The notes beneath the pieces are model-generated. The model saw only the letters and a program-made list of their open reading frames with translations. It was not told the DNA's origin and did not search any database. A stretch of 64,000 nt of DNA from Promethearchaeota archaeon (GTDB lineage: Archaea; Asgardarchaeota; Lokiarchaeia; Sigyniarchaeales; SOKP01): positions 1 through 64,000 of the forward strand of contig JAEOSU010000037.1 of NCBI GenBank assembly GCA_016840165.1. The letters run 5' to 3'. Each line of letters starts with the position of its first letter. Position 1 is the first letter of the stretch. This document shows, piece by piece, positions 29,620 through 40,246 of the stretch. The translations under genes were made by a program, and so were the position numbers.

Positions 29620-30318
29620 GTGGCTGTAATAGACATAAATGCAACAATCATATTGGTTACTCTATTTGTAATATATGGGGTGTTTTTATTTTTTGACTTA
29701 TTTAAAAGGAATGAGAATTATGGTTACTTAGCGTATTTAGTGGCACTTGCTCCAATAAACTTTCTATGGTTTTTAAATTTTGATGTATTGGGGATATATC
29801 TTGTATTATTTATTTTATGGTGCATCTGTTTAATTCGAGATCTATGGGGCGTTAAATCTGAAAAGAAAGAGATTAATCAGATAGTTTTATATTTGGTTTT
29901 AGCAATAATCGTTCAATTAATCCTCTCTGCGATATTACCTGCATCAAATATCAATTTGCAAACAAATACCGAATTATTCTGGTTTTTCTATCTACCTGAT
30001 ATATATGATATTAATTTTGCTCCAGAAAGTTGGGTAAATCTTGATATTTTGACCGCTTTTCGAATCACTGCAACATTATTAGTAATTTTGGTAATTATTC
30101 CATTGTTGGTTGATATTAAAGGAGAAGAAATTCCTGTTCCTGTGTTTATCATAATAATCGGTCTGTTTATTATACCATTTCTATATTTAGGTTGGATCTG
30201 GTTACCGCAGGGTATGGCTGTATTAACCTTACTCTTCTCTGTAATCCTTTTTATCGTGCTACTTCTGATTACGCGGTCTGGCAAGGAGGTCCAAGTCCAA
30301 GTTAAGAAAAAGCAATAA
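29620..30318 (+). CDS. Multi-pass membrane protein
   Basis: About 7 hydrophobic segments. Confidence 0.7.
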   Translation: MAVIDINATIILVTLFVIYGVFLFFDLFKRNENYGYLAYLVALAPINFLWFLNFDVLGIYLVLFILWCICLIRDLWGVKSEKKEINQIVLYLVLAIIVQLILSAILPASNINLQTNTELFWFFYLPDIYDINFAPESWVNLDILTAFRITATLLVILVIIPLLVDIKGEEIPVPVFIIIIGLFIIPFLYLGWIWLPQGMAVLTLLFSVILFIVLLLITRSGKEVQVQVKKKQ

Positions 30319-30412
30319 GTTGACCAATATTATTATTTTTTTATTATAATTTTTATAGATAAATTGAAATACTTTAATGAGATCCAACAAACTAGTAAAA
30401 GGTAAATAACGT

Positions 30413-31411
30413 ATGGCTAAGAAGGAAGAAGATAAAGAAGAGAAGCAAAAAAAGGATGAGAGTAAATCGGAAAAGGAATTCACTTTAGATGATATACCGG
30501 GGGTAGGAGAAGCAACTTTAAAGAAATTAAAGGATGCGGGCATAATTTCAGTAAGGTCACTTGCTGTATATCCTCTAATAAAATTAATGGATGATGCAGG
30601 TGTTGGAGAAAAAACAGCACTTAAATTAATTAAAGCCGCTCAAGATGTAGAAAAAATGGGATTTAAATCAGCAGACGTAATCTGGGAAAAACGACGTCAA
30701 TTAAACCATTTAACGACATCTAGCCAAAATCTAGACGATTTATTAGCGGGAGGAGTAGAACCAGGTTCGGTGACAGAATTATTTGGTGAATATAGAACAG
30801 GTAAAACACAGATCGCCCATCAACTGTGTGTCAATGTACAATTACCTTATGAAAAAGGAGGTTTAGAGGGAAATGCACTGTATATAGATACCGAGGGAAC
30901 CTTTAGACCCGAAAGGATCATTCAGATGGCTAATGCATTAGATTTGAATTATTCTGAAATACTCAAGAATATTGTAATTGGTCGTGCTTATAATAGTGAC
31001 CATCAAGTATTATTAGCCAGAGAAGCAGCGAGAATAATTAAAGAGAAAAATATTAAATTAGTTGTCGTTGATTCCATTATTGGCCATTTTAGAAGCGAAT
31101 ATGTAGGTAGAGGTACGTTAGCAAACCGTCAACAGTTGTTAAATAGTCATATTCATGATTTACTAAGATTAACTGAAACATTTGATGAATTAGCGGTGCT
31201 GTTTACAAATCAAGTCTCTTCAAGGCCAGATGTATTCTATGGAAATCCTATAACTCATACAGGAGGACATGTGTTAGCACATGGAGCAACTGTACGAATC
31301 TATTTAAGGAAAGGTAAGGCAAATCAAAGAGTTGCGAAGGTTGTTGATGCGCCTCATTTACCTGAAGAAGATGCGGTATTTTCTATTAATGAAGATGGAA
31401 TTAGAGACTAA
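30413..31411 (+). CDS. radA: DNA repair and recombination protein RadA
   Basis: N-terminal HhH, GEYRTGKTQ, YIDTEGTFRPER, VVDS, FRSEYVGRG.LA.RQ, TNQV. Confidence 0.97.
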   Translation: MAKKEEDKEEKQKKDESKSEKEFTLDDIPGVGEATLKKLKDAGIISVRSLAVYPLIKLMDDAGVGEKTALKLIKAAQDVEKMGFKSADVIWEKRRQLNHLTTSSQNLDDLLAGGVEPGSVTELFGEYRTGKTQIAHQLCVNVQLPYEKGGLEGNALYIDTEGTFRPERIIQMANALDLNYSEILKNIVIGRAYNSDHQVLLAREAARIIKEKNIKLVVVDSIIGHFRSEYVGRGTLANRQQLLNSHIHDLLRLTETFDELAVLFTNQVSSRPDVFYGNPITHTGGHVLAHGATVRIYLRKGKANQRVAKVVDAPHLPEEDAVFSINEDGIRD

Positions 31412-31422
31412 AGGCTATAAAT

Positions 31423-32151
31423 ATGGATAGTGTAAAAATAACAGTCCTAGTGGATAATATTAATGGTATTACTCCAGGATATATTAAAGACTTTGGATTC
31501 GCTGCTTTGATTGAAAAAGAAGAATTAAAAGTCCTATTTGATACTGGCACCAATCCTAACACCCTCAGCCATAATTTAAGTCAATATGGAATATCTCCTA
31601 AATCTGTAAATGCCGTTATCCTAAGCCATAATCATTATGATCATACAAATGGATTAACCAGTATTATCCAAGAACATCAAAATATCCCCATCTACGTTCA
31701 TAAATTTTGGAATAAACCAGTAAGGCATAGCGGAATTGGAATCTCACAATTACAGGTTTTTGTTAATGAAAAAGCTCGCGAATGTACAGAGCTTGCAAAA
31801 GGAATTTTTCTAACAAATACCCAATCATCAGGAGATTATGGGGGAATTCATGAACATGCATGTTATATTCAAGCCAATCAATCATATATACTTTTGTGTG
31901 GTTGCTGTCATCCCGGATTGAATAAATTCTTATCAGATCGCTCTGATTTAAACATTCCCATCGATGCTCCTCTTCATTTTATCGGGGGCATGCATAGTTT
32001 TAGATTTACAGACGCAGAAGCGGAAAAATTGGATCCGATTGTAAAATCAGTTACCCTCTGCCATTGTACACAAAATGTCAATACTTTTTTTAAGCAATTT
32101 CCTAGCAAATGTCAGAAAGCGATTCTAGGGAAAACTATTATTTATTCCTAA
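31423..32151 (+). CDS. MBL-fold metallo-hydrolase (archaeal pterin-biosynthesis-associated family)
   Basis: ITVLVDN, LFDTG, SHNHYDH, GCCHPG, GGMH, CHCT. Confidence 0.85.
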   Translation: MDSVKITVLVDNINGITPGYIKDFGFAALIEKEELKVLFDTGTNPNTLSHNLSQYGISPKSVNAVILSHNHYDHTNGLTSIIQEHQNIPIYVHKFWNKPVRHSGIGISQLQVFVNEKARECTELAKGIFLTNTQSSGDYGGIHEHACYIQANQSYILLCGCCHPGLNKFLSDRSDLNIPIDAPLHFIGGMHSFRFTDAEAEKLDPIVKSVTLCHCTQNVNTFFKQFPSKCQKAILGKTIIYS

Positions 32152-32172
32152 TAATTAAATAAAAAGTAAAGA

Positions 32173-32610
32173 TTAATAGTCAAGATTTACTTTAACATCA
32201 ATTCCTTCTCGGACAGCTTGAGTTACAATACAATATTGTTCAAACATCTTTTTACATTGATCTGCCCTCTTTCTTGTTTCCGGATCATCGATATCCATTT
32301 TGATTATGACATCAATATTATTTACTCTCCAAAAACCCTTGTCATTTCTGGCAATCGAAACTTCAGCTTCTGCCTTTAGGTCACTAAGACTTAAGTTTTT
32401 CTTTTTTAGACAAAAGATAAAACTAGCACTCAAACATCCCAGGATCGCCATTCCTAACATTCGACTTGGATTGGGGCCCCACATTGCAGCTTCGACATCA
32501 TGTTCTTCATCAATATAACAATCTTTTACTTTCATCTCACCGAGTTCACATTTAAAAATCATTTCTTTTTCTAAGGATAAGCCCACTTTTAATTTCTTAG
32601 GTTCACTCAT
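32173..32610 (-). CDS. OsmC/Ohr family protein
   Basis: GPNP..ML..AILGC and YCIVTQAV two-Cys signature. Confidence 0.85.
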   Translation of the reverse strand: MSEPKKLKVGLSLEKEMIFKCELGEMKVKDCYIDEEHDVEAAMWGPNPSRMLGMAILGCLSASFIFCLKKKNLSLSDLKAEAEVSIARNDKGFWRVNNIDVIIKMDIDDPETRKRADQCKKMFEQYCIVTQAVREGIDVKVNLDY

Positions 32611-32715
32611 ATATTACAAACTCCTTGATTTTACTTTATAAAGAATTTTTAGTTAATATACTTAAATTCAATTGAAATTCTTAAATTTTTCACATTTAAT
32701 TTATAAAAAAGTATA

Positions 32716-33318
32716 CTACTTTTTTTCTTTCTTCTTTAGATGAAAGTGACGAGAGAGATGAAAACCTAATCCTATAAAGTATAAAATGATAAAAAATAGA
32801 TATTCCAAAGCAAAAATAGAAACCACAATCAACATAGCGCAAAATAAGCATATTTCGATAGCAATGCATACACTATTAGTATAGTATTTCGTATCAAAAA
32901 ATGAACTTGGATTTTTATATTTAGATAAGTAATGTGGAAGATTCTCACCTTCTTCAAGTGACATTAAAAATTTAAATCCATTTTGTTTTTTAGGAAAATA
33001 GAACAAATTTGTCCCCCAATCGAAGGTGTCAATTATAATATGAAGCATGTAAGACAACCCACCTAGCAATATCACATTATAATTAAAGTATATCATGATG
33101 ATAATTCCTATAATGATCAAAATTGTACTTGGGATTAAAGAATGGGTAAGATAAAGACGATGATTCTGATTTTTTGCTAATTTTGTAAGGAATATATCAA
33201 AATCACATACAAATGATAAAAGCAAAACAATAGAATATTCTATAAAATTAAAGTTAAAGAAATAATGTAAAATTGAAGTAGTAATTATTCCAATTGCAAT
33301 ATGAACGTTAATATGCAT
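32716..33318 (-). CDS. Membrane-bound metal-dependent hydrolase (YdjM-like)
   Basis: H...G, DFD, HR...THS, H...D motifs between TM segments. Confidence 0.75.
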   Translation of the reverse strand: MHINVHIAIGIITTSILHYFFNFNFIEYSIVLLLSFVCDFDIFLTKLAKNQNHRLYLTHSLIPSTILIIIGIIIMIYFNYNVILLGGLSYMLHIIIDTFDWGTNLFYFPKKQNGFKFLMSLEEGENLPHYLSKYKNPSSFFDTKYYTNSVCIAIEICLFCAMLIVVSIFALEYLFFIILYFIGLGFHLSRHFHLKKKEKK

Positions 33319-33346
33319 TGTTTTTTACCATGATATAATTCTGATT

Positions 33347-34357
33347 TTAAGTAATATAATTTTTCCTTTGGACACGCTGCATGATTTTTTTCTTAGTTTG
33401 AACACCATCAGTCCCTTTCTCCTCAACTAAGAATGATGCAGCTGCGGACGCTATATACCCACTTTTCTCAACTGCGTTCCAACTTTTATCAGAAAGGAGA
33501 TACTCCAGTAAAAAAATAGCTAAATATACATCTCCTGCTCCTGTTTCATCTTTTACTCTTTTTGGTTTAAAAGCAGGAATCTTTAGTATCTTTTCTCCAT
33601 TTTTAACTAGCCATGAGCCTTGTTCACCCATAGTCATAATAAAAATTGAATTCCCTTTAAAACTTCTAAAAGAATTCATTATTTCATGAGAATCTTCGCA
33701 CCCTGAAAGAAGTTTCATTTCTATTTCTGATCCTTTCAAGATTAAACGATTTCCAATTAAATTAATAATATCTTTCATATTAGATATCAGATCTTCATTA
33801 TATGTATAAGAAACAACTCCTTTAGAGTCTATTTTCCGAATAAAACCTTGCAAATCAATCCCGATTAGAGTATCAGGAAATAAATCAATTATGTGTGCAA
33901 TATATTCATACAAGATTTCGTTACAGAGCGGTACAAGAACAATTATTTGAGGAGATTTTTCTAAATAAGATTTTGGAATATCCTCGATATTTAAATTAGG
34001 ACTTCTTGATTCTAAAGTCAATATTCTGTTATGATCTAAGTAATCGAGTATAAATGTAGTATTATAAGTCTCTGACTTCTTAATTCCACGTAAGTCAATT
34101 TGACTTTTTTCTAACTTTCGTAATAGCTTTTGATTAAAACCAAGATTTCCAATATGGGTTATTATTCCTACTTTTAACTTTGGTTGATATTTAGTTAAAG
34201 CTAAAGACCCATAAGATACACTACCTCCCAATGTTGGCTTGAAGATCTCATTAAAGCGAAGGATTCTGTCGACAGCTAGGTGTCCAATAAAAATTACTGA
34301 AAGGTTCTTATCCATTTGATCGCGCATCGTTTTTATTGTAAATTTGTTATTCTTCAA
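33347..34357 (-). CDS. PfkB/ribokinase-family carbohydrate kinase
   Basis: GHLAVD, GGSVSY, DLQG, TMGEQG, DETGAGD. Confidence 0.9.
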   Translation of the reverse strand: MKNNKFTIKTMRDQMDKNLSVIFIGHLAVDRILRFNEIFKPTLGGSVSYGSLALTKYQPKLKVGIITHIGNLGFNQKLLRKLEKSQIDLRGIKKSETYNTTFILDYLDHNRILTLESRSPNLNIEDIPKSYLEKSPQIIVLVPLCNEILYEYIAHIIDLFPDTLIGIDLQGFIRKIDSKGVVSYTYNEDLISNMKDIINLIGNRLILKGSEIEMKLLSGCEDSHEIMNSFRSFKGNSIFIMTMGEQGSWLVKNGEKILKIPAFKPKRVKDETGAGDVYLAIFLLEYLLSDKSWNAVEKSGYIASAAASFLVEEKGTDGVQTKKKIMQRVQRKNYIT

Positions 34358-34521
34358 AAATATTTCCCATTATTTCTGACAAGCTTAAATTTCTAGTCAT
34401 ATATTTCTGAATATTTGTACATCTAGAATTTAAAAAAGATTAGAAAAGGGTTATTATTGTTTTAAAAAAATAATTAAAGTTAAGTATCAGAATAAAATCT
34501 CAATTAGATTAAAGATATTAA

Positions 34522-35607
34522 TTAAACTCCACTTAATTTTTTTAGTTCAGTAATTTCGTGGTCTTTTTCTTTAATGGTTAATTTTAATTTATTTATACTT
34601 TTTTGTAAGTCATCAACAAGACCAGACATTTGACCAGCAGGAATTATTTTTTGCTCTACTTGGTTTAACTTGAGTTCGGTAATGATCTTATCTTTTTCTT
34701 GTAATTTGAATTCCAAATCAGATATTTTTTCTTCTAAATTTGATAAGTTTATGGAGACACCATCAGTATTTTGTTTAACTTTTAATTGATTTTGTAAAGA
34801 TTCTATATCATTTTTTAATGCTTCATTTTCCTGTTGCAAATTTTGGATATCTCCACCCGTGAATTGAATGTCCTTACCTTCTAACGTTGACTTTAACTCT
34901 GAATTTTCTTGCTGTAATTTATCAATTATTTTTTTATGTTTGTTTAAATCCGTCTGAAGATCTTGGCATAAGGCTTCTAATGGCATTGAGGAACTTTCAG
35001 GAGGACTTGGTTTAATAACAGAGGATTCAGGAGATTCTACAGGTACAACATAATCAATTGGTAAAGATTTCATTTTCTCGACTAATTGTTTTTGTAGTTC
35101 TTCATTTTCTTCCTTCTTTTCAAGAAGATCTCGCTCGAGGTCTGTAATATGTTGTTTGTATTTAGTTAATTCTAATTTTAACTCTTCAATAATAGCAAGA
35201 TTCACGTCATTTTGATTACCTTCTTGAAGGTTAGATATTGTAGTATGTAGATTATTGATTTCTTGATCTTTTTCCATATTTAATTGAACCATACTTTTAA
35301 TCTTATCGCTTAGCTCCGCATTTTCAGTTTCCAATTGATTTAATCGTATACTCACTTCTTTTAGGCTTTGTTCGTTTTCTAATCTTAGTTTTTCCTTTTC
35401 TTGGGCTGCGTTTTTAATAATATCTTCGGCTTTACTAATTAATTGGATATTCTCAGCTATTTTATCTCTTAATTGCTGGTTTTCTTGTTGAAGCAAATCA
35501 AGTTTATTAGTTGTATTGCTGATGGACGCTGGTTTATTATTTTCCTGTTCCATTTTCTTTTTCCATAAGCTAATGAAATCTTCTACTTTTTCGTTATCTT
35601 CAGACAT
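34522..35607 (-). CDS. Long coiled-coil protein
   Basis: Heptad-rich segments separated by a Pro/Ser linker; repeated LQQEN..L and EKD.EI..L. Confidence 0.75.
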   Translation of the reverse strand: MSEDNEKVEDFISLWKKKMEQENNKPASISNTTNKLDLLQQENQQLRDKIAENIQLISKAEDIIKNAAQEKEKLRLENEQSLKEVSIRLNQLETENAELSDKIKSMVQLNMEKDQEINNLHTTISNLQEGNQNDVNLAIIEELKLELTKYKQHITDLERDLLEKKEENEELQKQLVEKMKSLPIDYVVPVESPESSVIKPSPPESSSMPLEALCQDLQTDLNKHKKIIDKLQQENSELKSTLEGKDIQFTGGDIQNLQQENEALKNDIESLQNQLKVKQNTDGVSINLSNLEEKISDLEFKLQEKDKIITELKLNQVEQKIIPAGQMSGLVDDLQKSINKLKLTIKEKDHEITELKKLSGV

Positions 35608-35759
35608 TATTCTTAACCTAAATATTAATCATATAAATAAAGATTCAATTTATTTAAAAATTCTTTTAGAAGTAAAATTGCATATTCCTTTAAAAAAAAT
35701 TTTTTGTAAAAATAGTTATTAAGAGTTTTAAAATTACACTAAAAAAATCATGTAAATTT

Positions 35760-36683
35760 CTATCTAATTATTATCCCAGAAAAATAACCAACTGTCCATG
35801 TACCCCCACCAGGAGAGATATCTTTGCTGGCATAATACTTCAAAAGCTTAGATTCTTTAGCATTCATATTTTTTCCAATAGAAACCAAAGTAGCAATTGT
35901 TTGTCGGCCACATATACTTGGACCTCTCTGATCGGCACGAAATTGATCATAGACTTCTTTAGAAACAACATTTTCTGGGTTTAAAATATTCTCTGGTTTA
36001 AAAGTAAGAAATTGATCAATAACGGTTAGATCAATTTCTTTCAAGGTTTTCATTTGCGATTCATTAATTATGTCATAATGGGACATATCAGATGATGCAA
36101 CTAATATGATATCTTTATCAATCCCATTAATTACAGTTGAGATTTCATTTGAGATAGTTTCCATTTCATTACGATTTATGTGGTTGGTAATCTTTATTGG
36201 GAGAATCTTTACATTATTTTCCCCCGCACAAAATTTTATAAATGGAAGTTGGATTTCAATATTATGTTCTTGGTAGTTTATAAAAGCCGATGTATCCTCG
36301 GTGATAATTTTTGCATTGTCAAGTATTAACTCTGCTAACTCATGATCTATTTCTAAATTTCCTAGTGGAGTTTTCCACACTCCTTTTTGCATTAAACCCA
36401 CCTTTGAATAATAATGATGGTGTGTTCCAAGAATGATAATGGTATCTGGGATCCGCTCTTTGAAGAGATTAAAATAAGTATATGCTGCGCAAGGACCAGA
36501 ATAAGCATATCCTGCGTGGGGCGAAACTCCCCCAATAATGGTTCGCGACTCTTTATTTTGACACTTCGGAAGTGCTCCGGGACCAAATGTATCATTTTTA
36601 AAATGACGCTCTAAATCACGTTTTAAATCGTCTTTGTTATGTGAATACCAGTGGCCAGCAAAAATCGCTTTTCGTTCAATCAT
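35760..36683 (-). CDS. MEMO1 family protein (AmmeMemoRadiSam system protein B)
   Basis: R.AIFAG.WY, PHAGY.YSG, WKTPLG, EHNIEIQLPF, ASSDMSHY, SICG, VGY. Confidence 0.92.
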   Translation of the reverse strand: MIERKAIFAGHWYSHNKDDLKRDLERHFKNDTFGPGALPKCQNKESRTIIGGVSPHAGYAYSGPCAAYTYFNLFKERIPDTIIILGTHHHYYSKVGLMQKGVWKTPLGNLEIDHELAELILDNAKIITEDTSAFINYQEHNIEIQLPFIKFCAGENNVKILPIKITNHINRNEMETISNEISTVINGIDKDIILVASSDMSHYDIINESQMKTLKEIDLTVIDQFLTFKPENILNPENVVSKEVYDQFRADQRGPSICGRQTIATLVSIGKNMNAKESKLLKYYASKDISPGGGTWTVGYFSGIIIR

Positions 36684-36824
36684 GCTTTATATCCTAATTA
36701 TTATTGAATAATATATTGATAACAAGATATAAAACAATTTTTACTAGTTTTGATAATGCCTTACGACTTATTATCTTTTATATAAATTTACAAGAATTCT
36801 TAAGGTATAAATCATAATTCTGTC

Positions 36825-37430
36825 TTGATGAGTGAAGATAAGGAAGCTCTCATTTCTTTAGACGATCTTACAGAAAAGGATATCCCAGAAAAAATCCCCA
36901 CTAAATTCATTAATTCGAGAGTTATAGTATTTAATCCGTTATTTGCATCCTATCTTTATGTAAAACAGAATTTTTTTGGTTCTCCTTTAGGAATTAATAA
37001 ACCGAGATTAGCATATTTCTCTAAACCTTCAGAATTGAGTTTAATTGAAGCATATTATTTACTTCTAAAGGGAAAAATTACGATTGAAAATCCTGAAAGG
37101 AATCAACTAATCTCTCCTGAAGAATTTTTTGAGAGCGCAAAACAACTCCATCATAAATTTGAAGAGAAATTTATTATCTATAATGATCTACGCGAAAAAG
37201 GATATATTCCTCGACCTGGACTTAAATTTGGGGCTGATTTTGTTGTATACAAGAAAGGTCCAGGATTAGAACACTCCCCTTTTATTGTCCATGTATTACC
37301 TCATGATGCTAAGATTTCTGCCATCGATATGGTCAGAGCAGGAAGATTAGCAACTTCAGTCAGAAAAAAATTCGTAATCGCAAATCCTTTGACAATAAGT
37401 TATTATTTCTTTGAATGGTTCAAACCTTAA
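36825..37430 (+). CDS. endA: tRNA-splicing endonuclease, catalytic subunit
   Basis: LSLIEAYYL, Y.DLR.KGY, GLKFGADFVVY..GP..EHS, GRLATSVRKK (Tyr/His/Lys triad). Confidence 0.93.
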   Translation: MMSEDKEALISLDDLTEKDIPEKIPTKFINSRVIVFNPLFASYLYVKQNFFGSPLGINKPRLAYFSKPSELSLIEAYYLLLKGKITIENPERNQLISPEEFFESAKQLHHKFEEKFIIYNDLREKGYIPRPGLKFGADFVVYKKGPGLEHSPFIVHVLPHDAKISAIDMVRAGRLATSVRKKFVIANPLTISYYFFEWFKP

Positions 37431-37876
37431 TCTAAAATAGGCTTTCCACAATTAGGACATTTCTTAACAAAGTTAGGAATGATTATCCCACAATAACGAC
37501 ATTTTCGAATTATAGATTTTTTATACTTAAAATCTAAAGAGATATTATGTCTGGGTTTATCTGGAATTACTGGTCGTTCATACTTTAATTCTTCTTTATA
37601 CATTTGATAATCTGATTTTTTCTTACTTTTATCTACCTTCTGAAATAATCTACGATACAAATCTTTTGATATTCCCGTAATTAGCGGTCCAATAACAATT
37701 AAGATTAAAAATATTAGAATGAGTAAAATGATTAAAGGATTCATACCTAAATCAAGAAAAATGCTATATAAATAGAAAAGAAGTATCGTGTACAGTATTA
37801 TAAATATAATTCGGAAGATAATTGATTTTTTACTTCTGCTCTTTTTTCTATTTGAATTGTTTGGTTGATTTTCCAT
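37427..37876 (-). CDS. Two-TM membrane protein with C-terminal zinc ribbon
   Basis: Two TM segments; CRYCG...CPNCG. Confidence 0.7.
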   Translation of the reverse strand: MENQPNNSNRKKSRSKKSIIFRIIFIILYTILLFYLYSIFLDLGMNPLIILLILIFLILIVIGPLITGISKDLYRRLFQKVDKSKKKSDYQMYKEELKYERPVIPDKPRHNISLDFKYKKSIIRKCRYCGIIIPNFVKKCPNCGKPILD

Positions 37877-37877
37877 C

Positions 37878-40226
37878 CTATTTCCGATTTAAATATTTAT
37901 TTTCAATATACTTAACCGCCTTATCTACTTCTAATTTGGCTTTTTCTGGTTCAATCTCTTTTTGTATCTCTTCAGAGATTAAATCCTTGTCTAAACCCAC
38001 TTTAAATTTTATTGTGGAATAATTATTATCCAAATAAAATGGAAAAAATTCAGTTCCTGTACCTTTGTAAAATTTAAAGAAAAATTCGTAGAAATGAAGT
38101 CGAATAGTGTTGATAAAAACCAATACCCCTTCTAATAAAATTACCAAAAGATTTCCGAATATTGTACCAGTTATCCTTAATATGTCAAATAATAGACCTT
38201 CCCCTTGAACTAAGCCAGTTAGCGCTTGAATTGAAATCATTAATGCTATATGAGCAAGAGCTAGTGCTAACAAACGAATATATGACGCCACATTACTTAA
38301 AATGGATAATGCAGTTTCAAAGGTTTCAACAGTCCCTTCTCCCATAAGAGCACCATATGACTCTTTTTTTAAGTAGGAAATTCCAAAAATTTTACCGAGA
38401 GGTTTTAATATTATTAAAAGAATGCCAGGGATAATAACAAATAAGATAGGTGGTGGTAACGGAATCGGAACACCAGAAAATGGGAGATATACGGATGTTG
38501 GTGATAACCAAGTTCTTAGATCTATACCATACTGAAAAATTAAATATGTACCTCCAGTTAATAGACATATTTTCATAAATGAATTTGTAAAAGCTATATA
38601 CTTTTTCGATTGTCTAGCATAGTTAATAAATTCAAGAAACCATCCTAGATTAATATGCACGACTCCAATAAATAAGGCAAACATAAATACACTTGTGATA
38701 TTTTGAAGAGGATCGTAAATATTTACTGGTCCCAAGAATGGAAGATATAGAAGTATCGGTTGTAATTGTATCCCCAAGAAATTTTCATAACCAAAAAATT
38801 CTCCGTAAAATATTCCTCCCAAAGTGGCTCCTAATCCACAATAAAATACGATCCAACTAAATTTGCCAATTGATTTCTTTCTAAAAATAATTCCTCCGAG
38901 AATGCCAGAGATAATAAGGATTAGTCCATGACCAATATCCCCAAACATTAACCCAAAGATGAAAGGAAATGTAAATGCTAAAAAAGGAGTAGGGTCAATT
39001 TCAGAATAGGAAGGTACTCCATACATTTTCGTGATCATTTCAAAAGGTCTAATGACCCAAGGATTTTTCATAATTGTAGGAGTTTCTTCCTTTATCTCTT
39101 CTTTATTGATACTCTCTTCCAATTTACTTTGTTCTAAATCATATTCGTTTTCATTTTCTTTTAAAACTTCAATCTTTTCAGATTTAGGTACTAGTCTCTC
39201 TTCTTCCTTTATTTCATGAAAACGTGGAATATCAATAATATTAATCATTATTTTATTTCTAAATGTTTTTAACAATTGTTGCTTTACTTGTTCTTTTTTC
39301 CAAGAAGGTACATAAAATTGAAATGAAAGAGTATTAGGAGAAATACGCTTAAACTGCCTTTCAGCCCAATGATATTCTTCAATATTCTGAACTACTTCAT
39401 TTATGGCAGCAAACTTATAAATATTTGAGTCTCTTAACTTTTGTCTTTCGGTTTTATATTTTAATAAAGTTGTATTGATGATATTGATTTCGCCTTCGAT
39501 ACGAGTGAAATTAATTCCTTCTGGAGTTAAATACTTTTTTAAGATTGGAACTTCTTCTGCATGAATAAGATTTAATTTTTCTTTTAATTCTTCCTCCAAA
39601 TCTTTTGGATAAAAGAGATAAAAAGTAATTCGATCCTCTAATTTATAGACATTTGGGAACAGTTCATCCGTTTCATGGATATTGGGAAAGTTGGAAAATT
39701 TAAATAGAGTATTAAAGTTATCAATATTCTTTTTAAACATAGTATAAACTTTAAAACTGATCTTCTTTAAGTCCGATATACTTTCTCTATTTAAATTAAA
39801 TTGTTCTAAAAATGTATAGCTAGATTTTATGATTTGAATATTCTCTATTTCAATCTGTGCTTTTGCTATGTATCTATCTAATTCATTTATCCGGTTTGTA
39901 TAAAAATTTATCTCTTCTAAGGATTTATTTACTAATTCTGCTAAATCGTGTACTATGAATTCAACTCTATCCTCAGATGGTATTTCTTTTAACTCTTGAA
40001 GATTTACTTCATTAATATTAAGTTTGCTCAATAAAGAGTCTAAATTTTGCCTTAAATTTTTTAATTTTCCTATAAAAGGATCTTTTTCTTCTGATGTTTC
40101 CAATTTTTTTTTTTCTTTTGTCTTTATGTGAGTATTGTTTATATTTGAAAGTGTATTTAAAAGTTGATCCTTATAGTATTCATAAATACCAACTTCGATT
40201 AGGCTCATTTGAACTTTATTAGTCAT
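37878..40226 (-). CDS. atpI: A/V-type ATPase subunit I (a)
   Basis: YGVPSYSEIDPT, FGLMFGDIGHG, SYIRLLALALAH (essential Arg), RLHFYEFF.KFY. Confidence 0.95.
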   Translation of the reverse strand: MTNKVQMSLIEVGIYEYYKDQLLNTLSNINNTHIKTKEKKKLETSEEKDPFIGKLKNLRQNLDSLLSKLNINEVNLQELKEIPSEDRVEFIVHDLAELVNKSLEEINFYTNRINELDRYIAKAQIEIENIQIIKSSYTFLEQFNLNRESISDLKKISFKVYTMFKKNIDNFNTLFKFSNFPNIHETDELFPNVYKLEDRITFYLFYPKDLEEELKEKLNLIHAEEVPILKKYLTPEGINFTRIEGEINIINTTLLKYKTERQKLRDSNIYKFAAINEVVQNIEEYHWAERQFKRISPNTLSFQFYVPSWKKEQVKQQLLKTFRNKIMINIIDIPRFHEIKEEERLVPKSEKIEVLKENENEYDLEQSKLEESINKEEIKEETPTIMKNPWVIRPFEMITKMYGVPSYSEIDPTPFLAFTFPFIFGLMFGDIGHGLILIISGILGGIIFRKKSIGKFSWIVFYCGLGATLGGIFYGEFFGYENFLGIQLQPILLYLPFLGPVNIYDPLQNITSVFMFALFIGVVHINLGWFLEFINYARQSKKYIAFTNSFMKICLLTGGTYLIFQYGIDLRTWLSPTSVYLPFSGVPIPLPPPILFVIIPGILLIILKPLGKIFGISYLKKESYGALMGEGTVETFETALSILSNVASYIRLLALALAHIALMISIQALTGLVQGEGLLFDILRITGTIFGNLLVILLEGVLVFINTIRLHFYEFFFKFYKGTGTEFFPFYLDNNYSTIKFKVGLDKDLISEEIQKEIEPEKAKLEVDKAVKYIENKYLNRK

Positions 40227-40246
40227 AATATTTCATCCAATTCTAT

